Source: Candidatus Dormiibacterota bacterium
GTDB taxonomy: Bacteria; Chloroflexota; Dormibacteria; Aeolococcales; Aeolococcaceae
Assembly: GCA_963709585.1 (NCBI GenBank)
Contig: CAVPXI010000018.1
Coordinates: 1 to 64,000 of the forward strand
Direction: 5' to 3'
DNA: 64,000 bases
Shown: positions 1-9,943 of the stretch, one piece after another
How positions within the stretch are numbered: the first letter of the stretch is position 1
How the letters are laid out: every line of letters begins with the position of its first letter
Program-made: the position numbers and the translations under genes
The notes under the pieces: generated by a model
Told to the model about the DNA's origin: nothing
Seen by the model: the letters and a program-made list of their open reading frames with translations, nothing else
Databases searched by the model: none

Positions 1-362
1 GCACGTGCTATGTTCCTCACCCTTGCGAAGACCCTTGACGCCCCGTTCTGCCAGACCCTCACCGTCCCAGAGCGCTCGGCCCAGAAGAGTCTTCCGTCGG
101 GTGCGAACGATAAGGCGGTCGCGAAATTGGCCGGGATGGTGCCGCGCGGCGCGGGCTCGCTCGACGGCGCGACACACGCATTGGCGGTGGCCGAGGGTGT
201 CACGGTCGGCGACGCCAGCGTCGGTGTGGCCACCGGTGTCGCTGTGGCCACCGGCGTCACGCTCGCGGACGGTCGGGGAGTCGATCCACAGGCCGCTGCG
301 AGCACTGCCACGCCGGCGAGCGCGAGCCGGCGACGGATTCTCGTCGACCGGTCAGCCGACAG
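1..362 (-). CDS. Partial lipoprotein, probable PQQ-dependent sugar (glucose/sorbosone) dehydrogenase family; runs off the window edge
   Basis: Manual translation (not in ORF track): RRRLALAGVAVLAAAC lipobox, Pro/Thr linker, then ALSFAPDGRLFWAERSGTVRV, typical of the first GSDH propeller blade. Start codon uncertain. Confidence 0.6.
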   Translation of the reverse strand, partial: MSADRSTRIRRRLALAGVAVLAAACGSTPRPSASVTPVATATPVATPTLASPTVTPSATANACVAPSSEPAPRGTIPANFATALSFAPDGRLFWAERSGTVRVWQNGASRVFARVRNIAR

Positions 363-705
363 CGGCGCTCGGCTCCTCGTCGGCCACGATGACGGCGCTG
401 AGGTGTTCGCGTGCCCACGCACCGATCTCATCGATCACCCGTTGGAGGTCGACACCCGCCGGAGCGAGCTCGTACGAGGTGCGTGGCGGCATCTGTGAGT
501 GCACCGTCCGGCGGAGGAGGCCGAGGTCCTCGAGATGATCGAGGCGGACCTTGAGCGTCGCCGGGTTGCACCCGCCGACCGTACGGCCGAGCTCATTGAA
601 GCCGAGCGGCCCCTCGAGCAGGGCACGGACGATGTGCATCGTCCACTTCTCCTGCAGCACCTGTATGGCCTCGTGGACGGGGCAATACTCGCGTTCAGCA
701 TCCAT
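352..705 (-). CDS. HxlR/DUF24-family winged-helix regulator
   Basis: YCPV...EKW...LGFNEL...PPRTSYELAPAG pattern; N-terminal Cys. Confidence 0.9.
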   Translation of the reverse strand: MDAEREYCPVHEAIQVLQEKWTMHIVRALLEGPLGFNELGRTVGGCNPATLKVRLDHLEDLGLLRRTVHSQMPPRTSYELAPAGVDLQRVIDEIGAWAREHLSAVIVADEEPSAAVG

Positions 706-873
706 GTGGTTGATTCTCCATCCCGGTCAAGATCTTAACCTGAGGTTGGGTGGAAGGTCGCGGTGGTGTTCACTTGACAAACTATAGCACTTTACTTCAT
801 GATGTACGCTATCGGACGCAATCATGTTCGAGGCTGCCCGGGGCCTTCCCGGCATTCCCCAGGAGTACACGCC

Positions 874-1450
874 ATGACGTGGAGTCTTCGATCCGCATCA
901 CACCTCGGTCGCCTTCAGCGCGAAGCACCTCGGCGTCGCCACCGTGCGCGGGAGTTTCGGCCAGGTCACGGCAGACCTGGAACTGAACGATCCGAACGAC
1001 CCGACAACCGGGGCGGGCACCGTGACCGTCAAGACCGCGAGCATCACGACCGGCCAGGAGCAGCGCGACGGTCATCTCAAGAGCGCCGACTTCCTCGACG
1101 TCGAGAAATACCCGGAGATTGTCTTCAAGCTGAAGTCGATCAAGCCCGACGGCGACAATTTCAAGGTCACCGGCGACCTGACGATCAGAGGGGTGACCAA
1201 GGAGGTCACTCTCGATTACGAGCATGGCGGCTCGGTCGTCGATCCGTACGGCAACAACAGGGTGGGTGGCACGCTCACGGGGACCATCAACCGCACCGAC
1301 TGGGGCCTCGTCTGGAACGTCCCGCTCGGCGGTGGCGGCTGGCTTGTCGGTGAGAAGGTCAAGCTCGAGATCGACGGCGAGCTCGCAGAGGACAAGCCTG
1401 CTGCAACCGAGCCTGCCGCGGCAGAGGCCGCAGCCGGCGCGACCGCGTAG
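874..1450 (+). CDS. YceI-family protein (apparent +1 frameshift near 883)
   Basis: AGGAG RBS at 861, ATG at 874; shifted frame reads FDPHHTSVAFSAKHLGVATVRGSF; later RDGHLKSADFLDVEKYP and INRTDWGL. Confidence 0.88.
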
Positions 1451-1467
1451 CATTTACACAGAGGTAC

Positions 1468-2133
1468 ATGACGATGGCTGAGAGCATTCGCTTCTATTTC
1501 GACCCCCTCTGCCCGTGGTGCTATCAGACGTCGCGCTGGGCGCGGCGGCTCGATGAACTCGGCGTGGTTGACGTCGAATGGCGCGTGTTCTCGCTCGCGA
1601 TCGTCAACGGTGGCGACGAGGGGCGTGCGGCCGCGGACTCCGGGTCCGCGCCGTCGCTCCGGACCGCCATCGCGGTTCGCAACGCGCACGGCAACGACGC
1701 CGTGGGGGCGTTCTACAAGGCGCTGAGCGATGCGCGTCATCAGCGCGGTCTCGCCCTCGACGACCACGCGGTGATCGAGGCATCGCTTCGCGAGGCGGGC
1801 GTGGAGCCGGAGCTGCTGGAGCAGGCGCTGGCGGATCCATCGACGTGGGAGGCCGTGCAGCGCGAGCACGATGAGGCCGTCTCGGTGCACAAGGCATTCG
1901 GGGTGCCGACCATCGTTCTCGACGGTGGGGACGGGCCGCACATGTTCGGCCCCATCATCAGCGACATTCCGGACGATGAGGCTGCAGTCGACCTGTGGCG
2001 CCACTTCGTCTGGATGGCGCGCAATCCCAATGTCGCCGAGATCAAGCGAGACCGCCTGCCGCTCGACCTCGAAAGCATCCGGCTGTGGCGGCGCGAGCGC
2101 GAACGGGAAAAGCAGGCGCAGTCGGCGGCGTGA
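1468..2133 (+). CDS. DsbA-like thioredoxin-fold protein (Rv2466c-like)
   Basis: FYFDPLCPWCYQTSRW and FGVPTI cis-Pro motif. Confidence 0.85.
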   Translation: MTMAESIRFYFDPLCPWCYQTSRWARRLDELGVVDVEWRVFSLAIVNGGDEGRAAADSGSAPSLRTAIAVRNAHGNDAVGAFYKALSDARHQRGLALDDHAVIEASLREAGVEPELLEQALADPSTWEAVQREHDEAVSVHKAFGVPTIVLDGGDGPHMFGPIISDIPDDEAAVDLWRHFVWMARNPNVAEIKRDRLPLDLESIRLWRREREREKQAQSAA

Positions 2134-3890
2134 CCACAACGGGAGCCATCGCCCCCGCCCCCAAGACCTCGCGCAAGCACGGCGAGGTCGGTCCCCACTA
2201 CAAGTGGGTCGCACTCTCCAATACGACGATCGGCATGCTCATGGCGACCGTCAACTCATCGATCGTGCTCATCTCGCTGCCGGCGATCTTCCGCGGCATC
2301 AAGCTGAACCCGCTCGTCCCGAGCAATGTCAGCTATCTGCTCTGGATGATCATGGGCTACATGGTCGTCACCGCCGTGCTGGTGGTGAGCCTCGGGCGCG
2401 TCGGCGACATGTTCGGGCGAGTCCGCTTGTACAACCTGGGCTTTCTCGTCTTCACGGTCGGGTCGATCCTGCTCTCGGTGGTGTTCACCACCGGCCCGAG
2501 CGCCGCGCTGGAGTTGATCCTGTTCCGGCTGATCCAGGGGGTCGGCGGCGCAATGATCTTCGCGTGTTCCACCGCGATCCTCACCGACGCGTTTCCGCAG
2601 CGCGAGCGTGGCATGGCGCTTGGGATCAATGCGGTCGCCGCGGTCTCCGGATCCTTCATCGAACTCATCGTCGGCGGGCTGCTGAGCACGACTGACTGGC
2701 ATCTCGTGTTTCTCGTCTCCGTGCCGGTCGGGTTGTTCGGCACGGCGTGGGCCTACCTGAAGTTGCGCGAGACCGGCATCGTGAAACGGTCGCGCGTCGA
2801 CTGGTGGGGCAACGTCCTGTTCGCGGTCGGGCTTATCTCGGTGCTGGTGGGCATCACCTACGGGATCCAGCCATACGGCACAAACTCGATGGGCTGGACC
2901 AATCCGTCGGTGCTCACGTCGATCATCGGCGGTGTCGCCCTGCTGGTGGTGTTCGTGATCGTCGAGACGCGGGTCGAGGAGCCGATGTTCCGCGTGAACC
3001 TCTTCCGGCTCCGGGGCTTCACCTTCGGCACGGTCGCGGCGCTGCTCAGCTCCATCGGCCGCGGCGGGCTGATGTTCATGGTGATCATCTGGCTGCAGGG
3101 GATCTGGTTGCCACTGCACGGGTACAGCTATCAGTCGACTCCGTTCTGGGCGGCGATCTTCATGCTGCCGCTGACGGCGGGCTTCCTCATCGGAGGGCCG
3201 ACCTCCGGGTTTCTGTCTGACCGGCTTGGCGCGCGCGGGTTCGCGACCGCGGGCATGATCTTTTCGGCGATTGGCTTTGGAATGCTCATGTTCCTTCCCG
3301 CCAACTTCTCGTACCTGCCCTTCGCGTTGCTGCTCTTCCTCGTCGGCGTGTCGATGGGGATGTTCGTTGCGCCCAACACCGCCGGCGTGATGAACTCGGT
3401 GCCGGCCGATCGCCGTGGGGTGGCGTCGGGGATGCTGGCAACGTTCCAGAACAGCGGTATGACGCTGTCGATCGGGATCTTCTTCTCCTTGATGATCGCT
3501 GGACTCAGCTCGACGTTGCCGTCGACGATGTTCGCCGGGCTCACCGCCCACGGCGTGTCGGCGACAGTTGCGCATCATGTGGCGAACCTGCCGCCGGTGG
3601 GATCACTCTTCGCGGCGTTTCTCGGGTACAACCCCATAACCACGCTGCTCGGACCGTCGCTGCATACGCTGAGCGCGAGTCAGGCCGCGTACCTTTCCGG
3701 TCAGACGTTCTTCCCGAATCTGATCAGCAACCCGTTCATCGCGGGCATGCACATCACGTTCGCGTTCTCCGTGATCATGATGCTGGTCGGGGCCACGGCC
3801 TCCTGGCTACGGGGCGCCAGCCCGGCGCGGCCGGCGCCGGCGCCGCGCGTGGCTGCTCGGACGGAGGCGCTGAGCCCGCCGGTCAGCTAG
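2130..3890 (+). CDS. MFS drug efflux transporter, DHA2 (14-TM)
   Basis: GRVGDMFGR motif A, many TM segments; GTG start overlaps the upstream TGA. Confidence 0.9.
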   Translation: MTTTGAIAPAPKTSRKHGEVGPHYKWVALSNTTIGMLMATVNSSIVLISLPAIFRGIKLNPLVPSNVSYLLWMIMGYMVVTAVLVVSLGRVGDMFGRVRLYNLGFLVFTVGSILLSVVFTTGPSAALELILFRLIQGVGGAMIFACSTAILTDAFPQRERGMALGINAVAAVSGSFIELIVGGLLSTTDWHLVFLVSVPVGLFGTAWAYLKLRETGIVKRSRVDWWGNVLFAVGLISVLVGITYGIQPYGTNSMGWTNPSVLTSIIGGVALLVVFVIVETRVEEPMFRVNLFRLRGFTFGTVAALLSSIGRGGLMFMVIIWLQGIWLPLHGYSYQSTPFWAAIFMLPLTAGFLIGGPTSGFLSDRLGARGFATAGMIFSAIGFGMLMFLPANFSYLPFALLLFLVGVSMGMFVAPNTAGVMNSVPADRRGVASGMLATFQNSGMTLSIGIFFSLMIAGLSSTLPSTMFAGLTAHGVSATVAHHVANLPPVGSLFAAFLGYNPITTLLGPSLHTLSASQAAYLSGQTFFPNLISNPFIAGMHITFAFSVIMMLVGATASWLRGASPARPAPAPRVAARTEALSPPVS

Positions 3891-3914
3891 TCCTTGCTCG
3901 CGAGGGCAGGGCGG

Positions 3915-5120
3915 CTATTCCAGCGCCCGAGTTGCGGTGTCGAGCGACGGGCTGGGCCGTGCCGAATCCGGCAGCGTGGTCGGGTCATGCTCGGGGGCTC
4001 GAAGTGGCAATTCGAACCAGACAGTGACGCCATCGGCGTCGTTGTCCGCACCAACATCACCGCCATGCGCGGCGACGAGTTCCTTGACGATCGCCAGGCC
4101 GATGCCAGCGCCACCACTTCCACGCGCTCGGCTGGGATCAGCGCGGAAGAAGCGCTCGAATATGTGCGGGAGCGAGTGATCGTCAATGGTTTCGCCGATA
4201 TCGTGGACCGAGACACGCACCGACCGGCCGCGCCGGGCAGAACTCAGGTCGATCGCGGTTCCGGCCCGCGCGCACCGGATCGCGTTATCGACAATGTTGC
4301 CGACAACCTGACTGAGCCGTCCGGCGTCGCCGACCACGACGAGACCGCTGTCCGGTGCATTGATCTGCCAGGTGAGATGGTGCCGCTCCATGTTGGCATC
4401 GAAGCCTAGGACGACCTCGCGCACCACGGTGTCGAGATGCACCGGCTCTCGCGCCATCCGGTCGCGCGCCAGCTGGGCATCCGCCAGACCGCGTAAGTCC
4501 TCGACCAGCGCGATGAGCCGCCCGAGCTCTGAATGCGCCTGCTGCAGCCGCGCTGGTGAGGCGGCGATGACGCCGTCGCGCATGCCCTCGATGAGCCCCA
4601 GGAGATTGTGGAGCGGGGTTCGCAGTTCGTGCGCCGCGTCATTGGTCACCTGACGACGCAGCTCCTCGAGACGCTGCAATGACTGCGCCAGTTCGTTGAC
4701 GAACTCGGCAACTCCGCCGATCTCGTCGCGCCGACTTGTCTCGACCACTGCCGGCGCGGCTCCACGGGCCATCCGTCGTGTTGCCTCGCGAACGGCCGTC
4801 AGTGGCCTCAATGCGAGTGTCACCGCAGCGAAGCTGAGTCCGGCTGCGACGACTGCCGCAATCGCGATCGTCGGATAGATCTGGGCCTCGAACGCGGCAT
4901 CGTAGGCGCGCTGTCCTGCGGCGGGATCGACCGGCTGCCCGGCGGCGTGCATGATGACCATGAACTGCTGCTGCGCGATGTTGTGCATCAAGACGATGAT
5001 CGTCAGCACCGTCGCTGCGATGACGATGACGTTGAGGACAACGAGTTGCCATCGCAGGCCCAAGGCGCTCCATTGACGTCTGAGCACAGCCAACAAGCGA
5101 CGCGATGAAGCGGGTACCAA
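3915..5120 (-). CDS. Sensor histidine kinase (HAMP-HisKA-HATPase, BaeS-like)
   Basis: Two TMs, RRDEIG, AHELRTPL, NIVDNA, FERFFR, GAGIGL. Confidence 0.93.
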   Translation of the reverse strand: MVPASSRRLLAVLRRQWSALGLRWQLVVLNVIVIAATVLTIIVLMHNIAQQQFMVIMHAAGQPVDPAAGQRAYDAAFEAQIYPTIAIAAVVAAGLSFAAVTLALRPLTAVREATRRMARGAAPAVVETSRRDEIGGVAEFVNELAQSLQRLEELRRQVTNDAAHELRTPLHNLLGLIEGMRDGVIAASPARLQQAHSELGRLIALVEDLRGLADAQLARDRMAREPVHLDTVVREVVLGFDANMERHHLTWQINAPDSGLVVVGDAGRLSQVVGNIVDNAIRCARAGTAIDLSSARRGRSVRVSVHDIGETIDDHSLPHIFERFFRADPSRARGSGGAGIGLAIVKELVAAHGGDVGADNDADGVTVWFELPLRAPEHDPTTLPDSARPSPSLDTATRALE

Positions 5121-5123
5121 TGC

Positions 5124-5898
5124 TCAGATCCCCTGCGCCGTGATCTTGTATCCCACCCCGCGGATGGTGACAACGGCGGCATTCGCGTGCGCGGCCTGCA
5201 GCTTCTCACGCAGTCGAAACACATGAACGTCGACGGTCCGTTCCAGCGCCGGAAGGCGATCTTCGGTGTACAGCCTGTCGATCAACTGACCACGGGTGAG
5301 CACCCATCCGGGCCGCTCCAGCATCGCCTCAAGCAGTCCGAACTCCACGTGTGTGAGCGCGACACTCAGGCCGTCGATCGCGACCTCGTGTCGAGTCGGT
5401 GAGAGCTCGAGATTCCCCAGACGCAGGACCGTCGGCGGTCGCGGGCCAATCTCAGAGCGGCGAAGGAGTGCGTCGACGCGCGCCAGGAGCTCGCGAGGGC
5501 TGAACGGCTTCACCAGATAGTCGTCGGCGCCGGCGCGCAGCCCATCGAACTCGGTCAGGCTCGTCCGCCCGCGCGCTCAGGAACAGGATGGGCACGATCG
5601 ATCCGCCCCGTCGGATCTCGTCGCAGATCTGGAAGCCGTCTTTGCCGGGCAGCATGACATCGAGGATCAAGCAACGCGGCTCGGTTTGACGGACGTAGTC
5701 GAGAGCTTCGTTGCCCGTGCGGCAGATGACCACTCGATGTCCCGCACTCTCGAGATACGCGCGGACAACCTCGCCGGTGGTCTGGTCGTCTTCAACGACC
5801 AGGATCGGAGCTCCGAGCGACGCCGGCTCTGGTCTGCTCGGAGCTTCGTCTGCGCAAGTCGATCTGCCGTCGGACGCCGGCCTCTGGATGGTCACCAC
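5124..5898 (-). CDS. OmpR-family response regulator (apparent frameshift near 5547)
   Basis: ILVVEDD...LDVMLPG receiver in one frame; GADDYLVKPFS and RTVDVHV...TIRGVGY in the next. Start uncertain. Confidence 0.9.
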
Positions 5899-5986
5899 TC
5901 ACCATTCTGCGAAAGTCGCCGAGAAGCCGGGCGGCGCACTGCCACCCGGCTGCAAGTTCGAGCGATTCCGGCTGCCCGCGTTGGAT

Positions 5987-7133
5987 CTACGCAGAGACCG
6001 TGACCAACGCGAGACCCGAGGTCGCCGCGGGGAGTCCGCTGGCCGCAGATTGGTTCACTGCCCCAAGATCGCCCGAGGTGCTCACCGGTGCCGAGGCGAT
6101 CTCGGTCGTGGTCAGGACGAAGAACCAACCGGCCCCGGTGACCTGGTCGATGGGGTGGACACCGACGGTCGCCGCCACAGCCGACCGCAGGGTCAGCCCA
6201 CCGCCGGGACCGATGTTGTACGAGGAGACGGTGCCGGATGCGGCGTTCGCGAGGTATGCGCGGTTGCCGGCAGCGTTCACGACCAGCCAGCATGCAGCTG
6301 CCTGTGAACTCACCGACCTCGCTGATGGGATGCAAGGCGCCCGCCGCACCAACGCGGTAGGACGTCGCTGCGCTGACCCCACCCGCACCGCCACCCGCAT
6401 CGGAGACGATCGCCTCACCCCCGGCGCTGAACCCGAAGCCGTACGGGGCCGCTCCGGTCGACGCGGTGTCGCGCAAGCCTGTGAGCTGACCGTCCGCGGT
6501 CACCTTGAACGTGTCGATGCTGCTGCTCACCTTCTCGGTGACGATGACGTGATCTCCCGACGGAGTGAACCCGACCTGCTCAGGCGTCGCCGCTGCCGAC
6601 GAGAGGGAGACCGCCGCGTGGGACGAGGCTACGAGGGCATGGCTGGTCAGCACGAGACTGGCGACGGTCTTGCTTCCCTGGTTGAGGACCGCAACCCAGC
6701 GACCGCTGGCGGTGACGCTCACGGGATCGATGCCACCGGAGGGGGCGATGTCGACAAGCCGCAGGCTTCCGTTGGAGAGGATCCGGAAATACGAAACGGT
6801 GTTCGATCCTGCATTCACGACGAGAACGGCGTGCCCGCCGGCGGCGAGCGCGACCGCCCCTTGCGAGCCGAGCCCGGCTCCGGTGCCGTCGCCCCCAGTG
6901 GCGAAAGTACCGATGGACGTCAGGCTGCCGCCGCTTGCGACCCAGAACGCCAGCACCGCGTTGCCGCCGCCAGCCGACGTCTGGTTGCTCTCGGTATAGA
7001 CATATGAGCCTGCAGGGTGGTCGGCGGGAGCGGTGCTTGCGCCAACTCCGGTCGCCGCGGCGACGGAGATCGCGCCGGCGAGCAGCGAGCTAGCCAGTCC
7101 GACGCCGAGATTCTTGAGGGAAAGGTCTGCCAT
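5987..7133 (-). CDS. Secreted beta-propeller lactonase-family protein (apparent frameshift near 6308)
   Basis: GGAGG RBS, signal peptide, VYTESN...GLGSQG...VVNAGSNTVS; C-terminal AACW...YLANAASGTVS in second frame. Confidence 0.8.
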
Positions 7134-7253
7134 TTGATCCGCGCCTCCTGGTGCCTGGCTCGGTGCGAGCCATCTGTGGACACCGGCACCAGGGTTGGGC
7201 ACGAACATTTCGCTGGCGTTTCGATCCGAAAGCAACCAGTCGGGTTATGGGAT

Positions 7254-7711
7254 TTAAGCGACGTTCTCCACCGATGGCACGTGCACGATCAGTACCGGCA
7301 CGCGACTGCCGCTCAACACGGCATGGCTCACGCTGCCGAGGAAAAGGAGCCGGCGTCGCCTCGCCCGCGCGAGCCGACGACGATCAGATCATGGTTGCTC
7401 GCCGCCGCCCGGTCGAGCAGCGCCTGGGCCGGCGCCGCGTCGACGACGAGCACTTCGGCGCTCACCTCCGCGGGGATCGCGCCCTTCGCCTCGTCCGCGA
7501 TCGCCTGCGCGTCACTGCGGACGCCCGCGATGAATTCGTCGATGGCGCTTTGCGGCAGGGGGGCGACAGGGCCCCAAGGCATCAGCGTGCTGTAGGCGAC
7601 GAGGACGGTCAGCGACGCCTTCTGTGTACGCGCGATATCCACCGCCTGGGTGAGCGCGACCTGCGCGTGCTGCGATCGATCGACGCCGACGAGAAGGCTT
7701 GTGAACATCAT
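7254..7711 (-). CDS. Universal stress protein (one-base homopolymer loss near 7344)
   Basis: LLVGVDRS...DLIVVGSRGRG; restoring one T gives FLGSVSHAVLSGSRVPVLIV. Confidence 0.88.
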
Positions 7712-7907
7712 CAATCTCCGTTGGTCTGGGTGCGCGGTCCTCCAGATTCTGAGGCATTGGGGGGGAGCGCCCGCCCGGTGGCGGTCGGCTTTCGGACAGG
7801 CACCCGCGTGAGAGCAGATTGTCCGGGAACCGTCCGCGAGCCACCCCTAGAGTTCAGCTTCCGGCCCCGAGCGGGCCAGTCGGACCGAGGGTTGAGGAGC
7901 GTCCGCC

Positions 7908-8187
7908 ATGCTGGTACTTGCCGTCAACGCAACGATTCACTGGCTTACCCTCGTGAGCCAGGTCTCGCCGAACGATCCCCTCTCGCAGCAGGTGCTCGCT
8001 CGAGTTCGCCAACCCACTCCTGACATCGGCGCAATTCCTGATACCCGCCGCCGTCGCGATCAGTGGAATTCACAAAATGATGGAGCACCGGGAAAGTGGC
8101 GGTAGCTTCATGGTCGATATGGTTACGAAGGGCGGTGGAGCGATCCTTGTGTTGCAGCTCGTGAAGTCGATCTCTGGAGTTGGCTGA
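7908..8187 (+). CDS. Probable VirB2/TrbC-like pilin, 92 aa after repairing a frameshift near 8005
   Basis: GAGGAG RBS; repaired protein has a leader, hydrophobic FLIPAAVAISGI, a charged loop and hydrophobic GGGAILVLQLV; first gene ahead of VirB6/VirB4. Confidence 0.6.
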
Positions 8188-8378
8188 TGAGCACTGAGGT
8201 ATATCTGCTTTCCATACCGCTCGCGCGGCATCGAAACATTGTCCCGCGACCTCGTCGCAGCAATGCGCTGTCCCCCGGGTCCGGAGTGCAAGAGCCCGAA
8301 CACCCAAGGCAGGGCGTGACTGACACGCTTGTTGCCCCTCGGCATGCGGGCACGATGCAGCGCATCGATCCCGGCTGA
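8187..8378 (+). CDS. Small hypothetical ORF (63 aa)
   Basis: ATG overlaps the pilin stop (TGATG coupling); no recognisable motif. Confidence 0.3.
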   Translation: MSTEVYLLSIPLARHRNIVPRPRRSNALSPGSGVQEPEHPRQGVTDTLVAPRHAGTMQRIDPG

Positions 8379-8398
8379 TCTCAGCAGGCACGCCGGCC

Positions 8399-9943
8399 AT
8401 GGTCGTCGCAGCCAACTGGTGGAATCCGATCAGCTGGCTACAGAACGTAGCCGGTTTTTTTCACGGGGCATACGACGCTGGAGGCGCAGTGCTGAACGTG
8501 CTGGGCGGTGCGCTCACGATTCTCACGCAATTTTTTCGGTTCTTCTTCGATACCGGTCATTTCATCGCCGATGCCGTCAACTGGATCACCGGCGCGCTCT
8601 TCCCACCGGAACTGCAGACCTGGTTCCTCGGTACCATCGGCCAACCGGGGCAGCAGTGGAATTCCGCGCAGATCTACGAATCCTTGTACCGAGGAATGAT
8701 TCCGGCTGCGTTGATGATTGCCGGCGTTGCAGCCGCGGGTCGCATTATCCGGGCGCTCGTCGACCATCGGACCGGGTCCATGGAGACCATCCTTTCAGTC
8801 CTGCCGAGGTTTCTTCTTGCGGTTGCAGTCATCGGTGTACCGGGTACCCAGGTTAGCATTGGCTACACGGCAATCGTGTGGTCCATTGACGCGTCGATCG
8901 CGGTTTCGGGAGCCATTGTGGCACTCATCCTGCATGCGTCACTTCTCAGCGGATTCCAACCGGGTCAAGGATGGTTCAGCCATATCTTTGAGGTACTCGC
9001 CGCCACGAGCCACGACATGGTCGCGGTCGTCGTTGGCGGGATTCCTCTTCTGATCCTCGTGTTGTACACCGCCTTTCTGATGGTCGTTCGCACCGTGATG
9101 CTTGGTTTCTGTGTCGTCACGGCGCCACTGTGCCTCGCCACCGTCGTATTTGATGCGAACAACAAATTCTTCCATTGGTGGCTCGACCTGCTGGGCAGCG
9201 TCCTTCTGACTCCGCTGGTGCTCGGCATGGCGATCGCGCTGAGCTTGACGCTTGCGTCTCATGTCGTCAGCGCCTTCGCGGTTGGCCCGCTGCTCGCCGT
9301 CGTCATTATATGCGGCGGACTCTGGTTCGCAGGCAAGATGGTGCATCAGCTAACCTGGCGCGGCTTCAGTCACGGCAGCGCGCTCGCCGGGTTCGCCGCG
9401 GGGATCGCCACCATGATGGCGCCGGTGCATCGCTTGTCGTCCGCCGGCTTCATGGCGGAGGCGCTCGGAGCGAACCGCGACGGCGGGAACTCTGCAGTGA
9501 ACTTTATGAAGCGACTCGGGCTCGCGGCTCAGGGCTTGGGTCCCTCCGGGGTGACTCCGGGCGCGCTTGCCGCTGGGAACTTCGGCCCCGTGAGCCATGG
9601 CGTGGACCTCGTGGCCTCGGATGGGCCGCCAAACATAGCCGGAGCGCTCGGAGCGGACGGGCAGGCGGCCGTTGCGGGAGTGGAGAAGATGTTCTCGCAG
9701 CACGCATTCAACGCCTTCGGCGCCGCGCACAGCAAATTGATCGGCGCGTCGACCCGTGATCAGCCGTACGGCTCGCTGTCGTCCGGCGATCGGGCTAAGC
9801 TCGCGTGGAGCCGGGCGTCGCCGCGCAATCAGGCTGCATTTGCCAATGACTTCTTGTCCGAGTGGCTCGGCGCCGGTCCTGACCATGACCGCGAGCCCAA
9901 TCACACCATCGGCATGCCGGCGCTCGAGGCAGGAATCGCGTGA
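8399..9943 (+). CDS. VirB6/TrbL-like polytopic T4SS membrane protein
   Basis: Multiple TMs incl. RTVMLGFCVVTAPLCLA...FHWW, Gly/Ala-rich C-terminal tail; directly upstream of VirB4. Confidence 0.72.
   Translation: MVVAANWWNPISWLQNVAGFFHGAYDAGGAVLNVLGGALTILTQFFRFFFDTGHFIADAVNWITGALFPPELQTWFLGTIGQPGQQWNSAQIYESLYRGMIPAALMIAGVAAAGRIIRALVDHRTGSMETILSVLPRFLLAVAVIGVPGTQVSIGYTAIVWSIDASIAVSGAIVALILHASLLSGFQPGQGWFSHIFEVLAATSHDMVAVVVGGIPLLILVLYTAFLMVVRTVMLGFCVVTAPLCLATVVFDANNKFFHWWLDLLGSVLLTPLVLGMAIALSLTLASHVVSAFAVGPLLAVVIICGGLWFAGKMVHQLTWRGFSHGSALAGFAAGIATMMAPVHRLSSAGFMAEALGANRDGGNSAVNFMKRLGLAAQGLGPSGVTPGALAAGNFGPVSHGVDLVASDGPPNIAGALGADGQAAVAGVEKMFSQHAFNAFGAAHSKLIGASTRDQPYGSLSSGDRAKLAWSRASPRNQAAFANDFLSEWLGAGPDHDREPNHTIGMPALEAGIA

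Noticed and set aside
222-262. Short direct repeat GTGGCCACCGG
   Set aside because: It encodes the TPVA Pro/Thr linker of the lipoprotein; not a CRISPR or regulatory repeat.
7715-7900. Small inverted repeats upstream of the pilin as a possible oriT or riboswitch
   Set aside because: Stems are only 5-6 bp in GC-rich DNA, with no recognisable nic or c-di-GMP aptamer consensus and no relaxase nearby.
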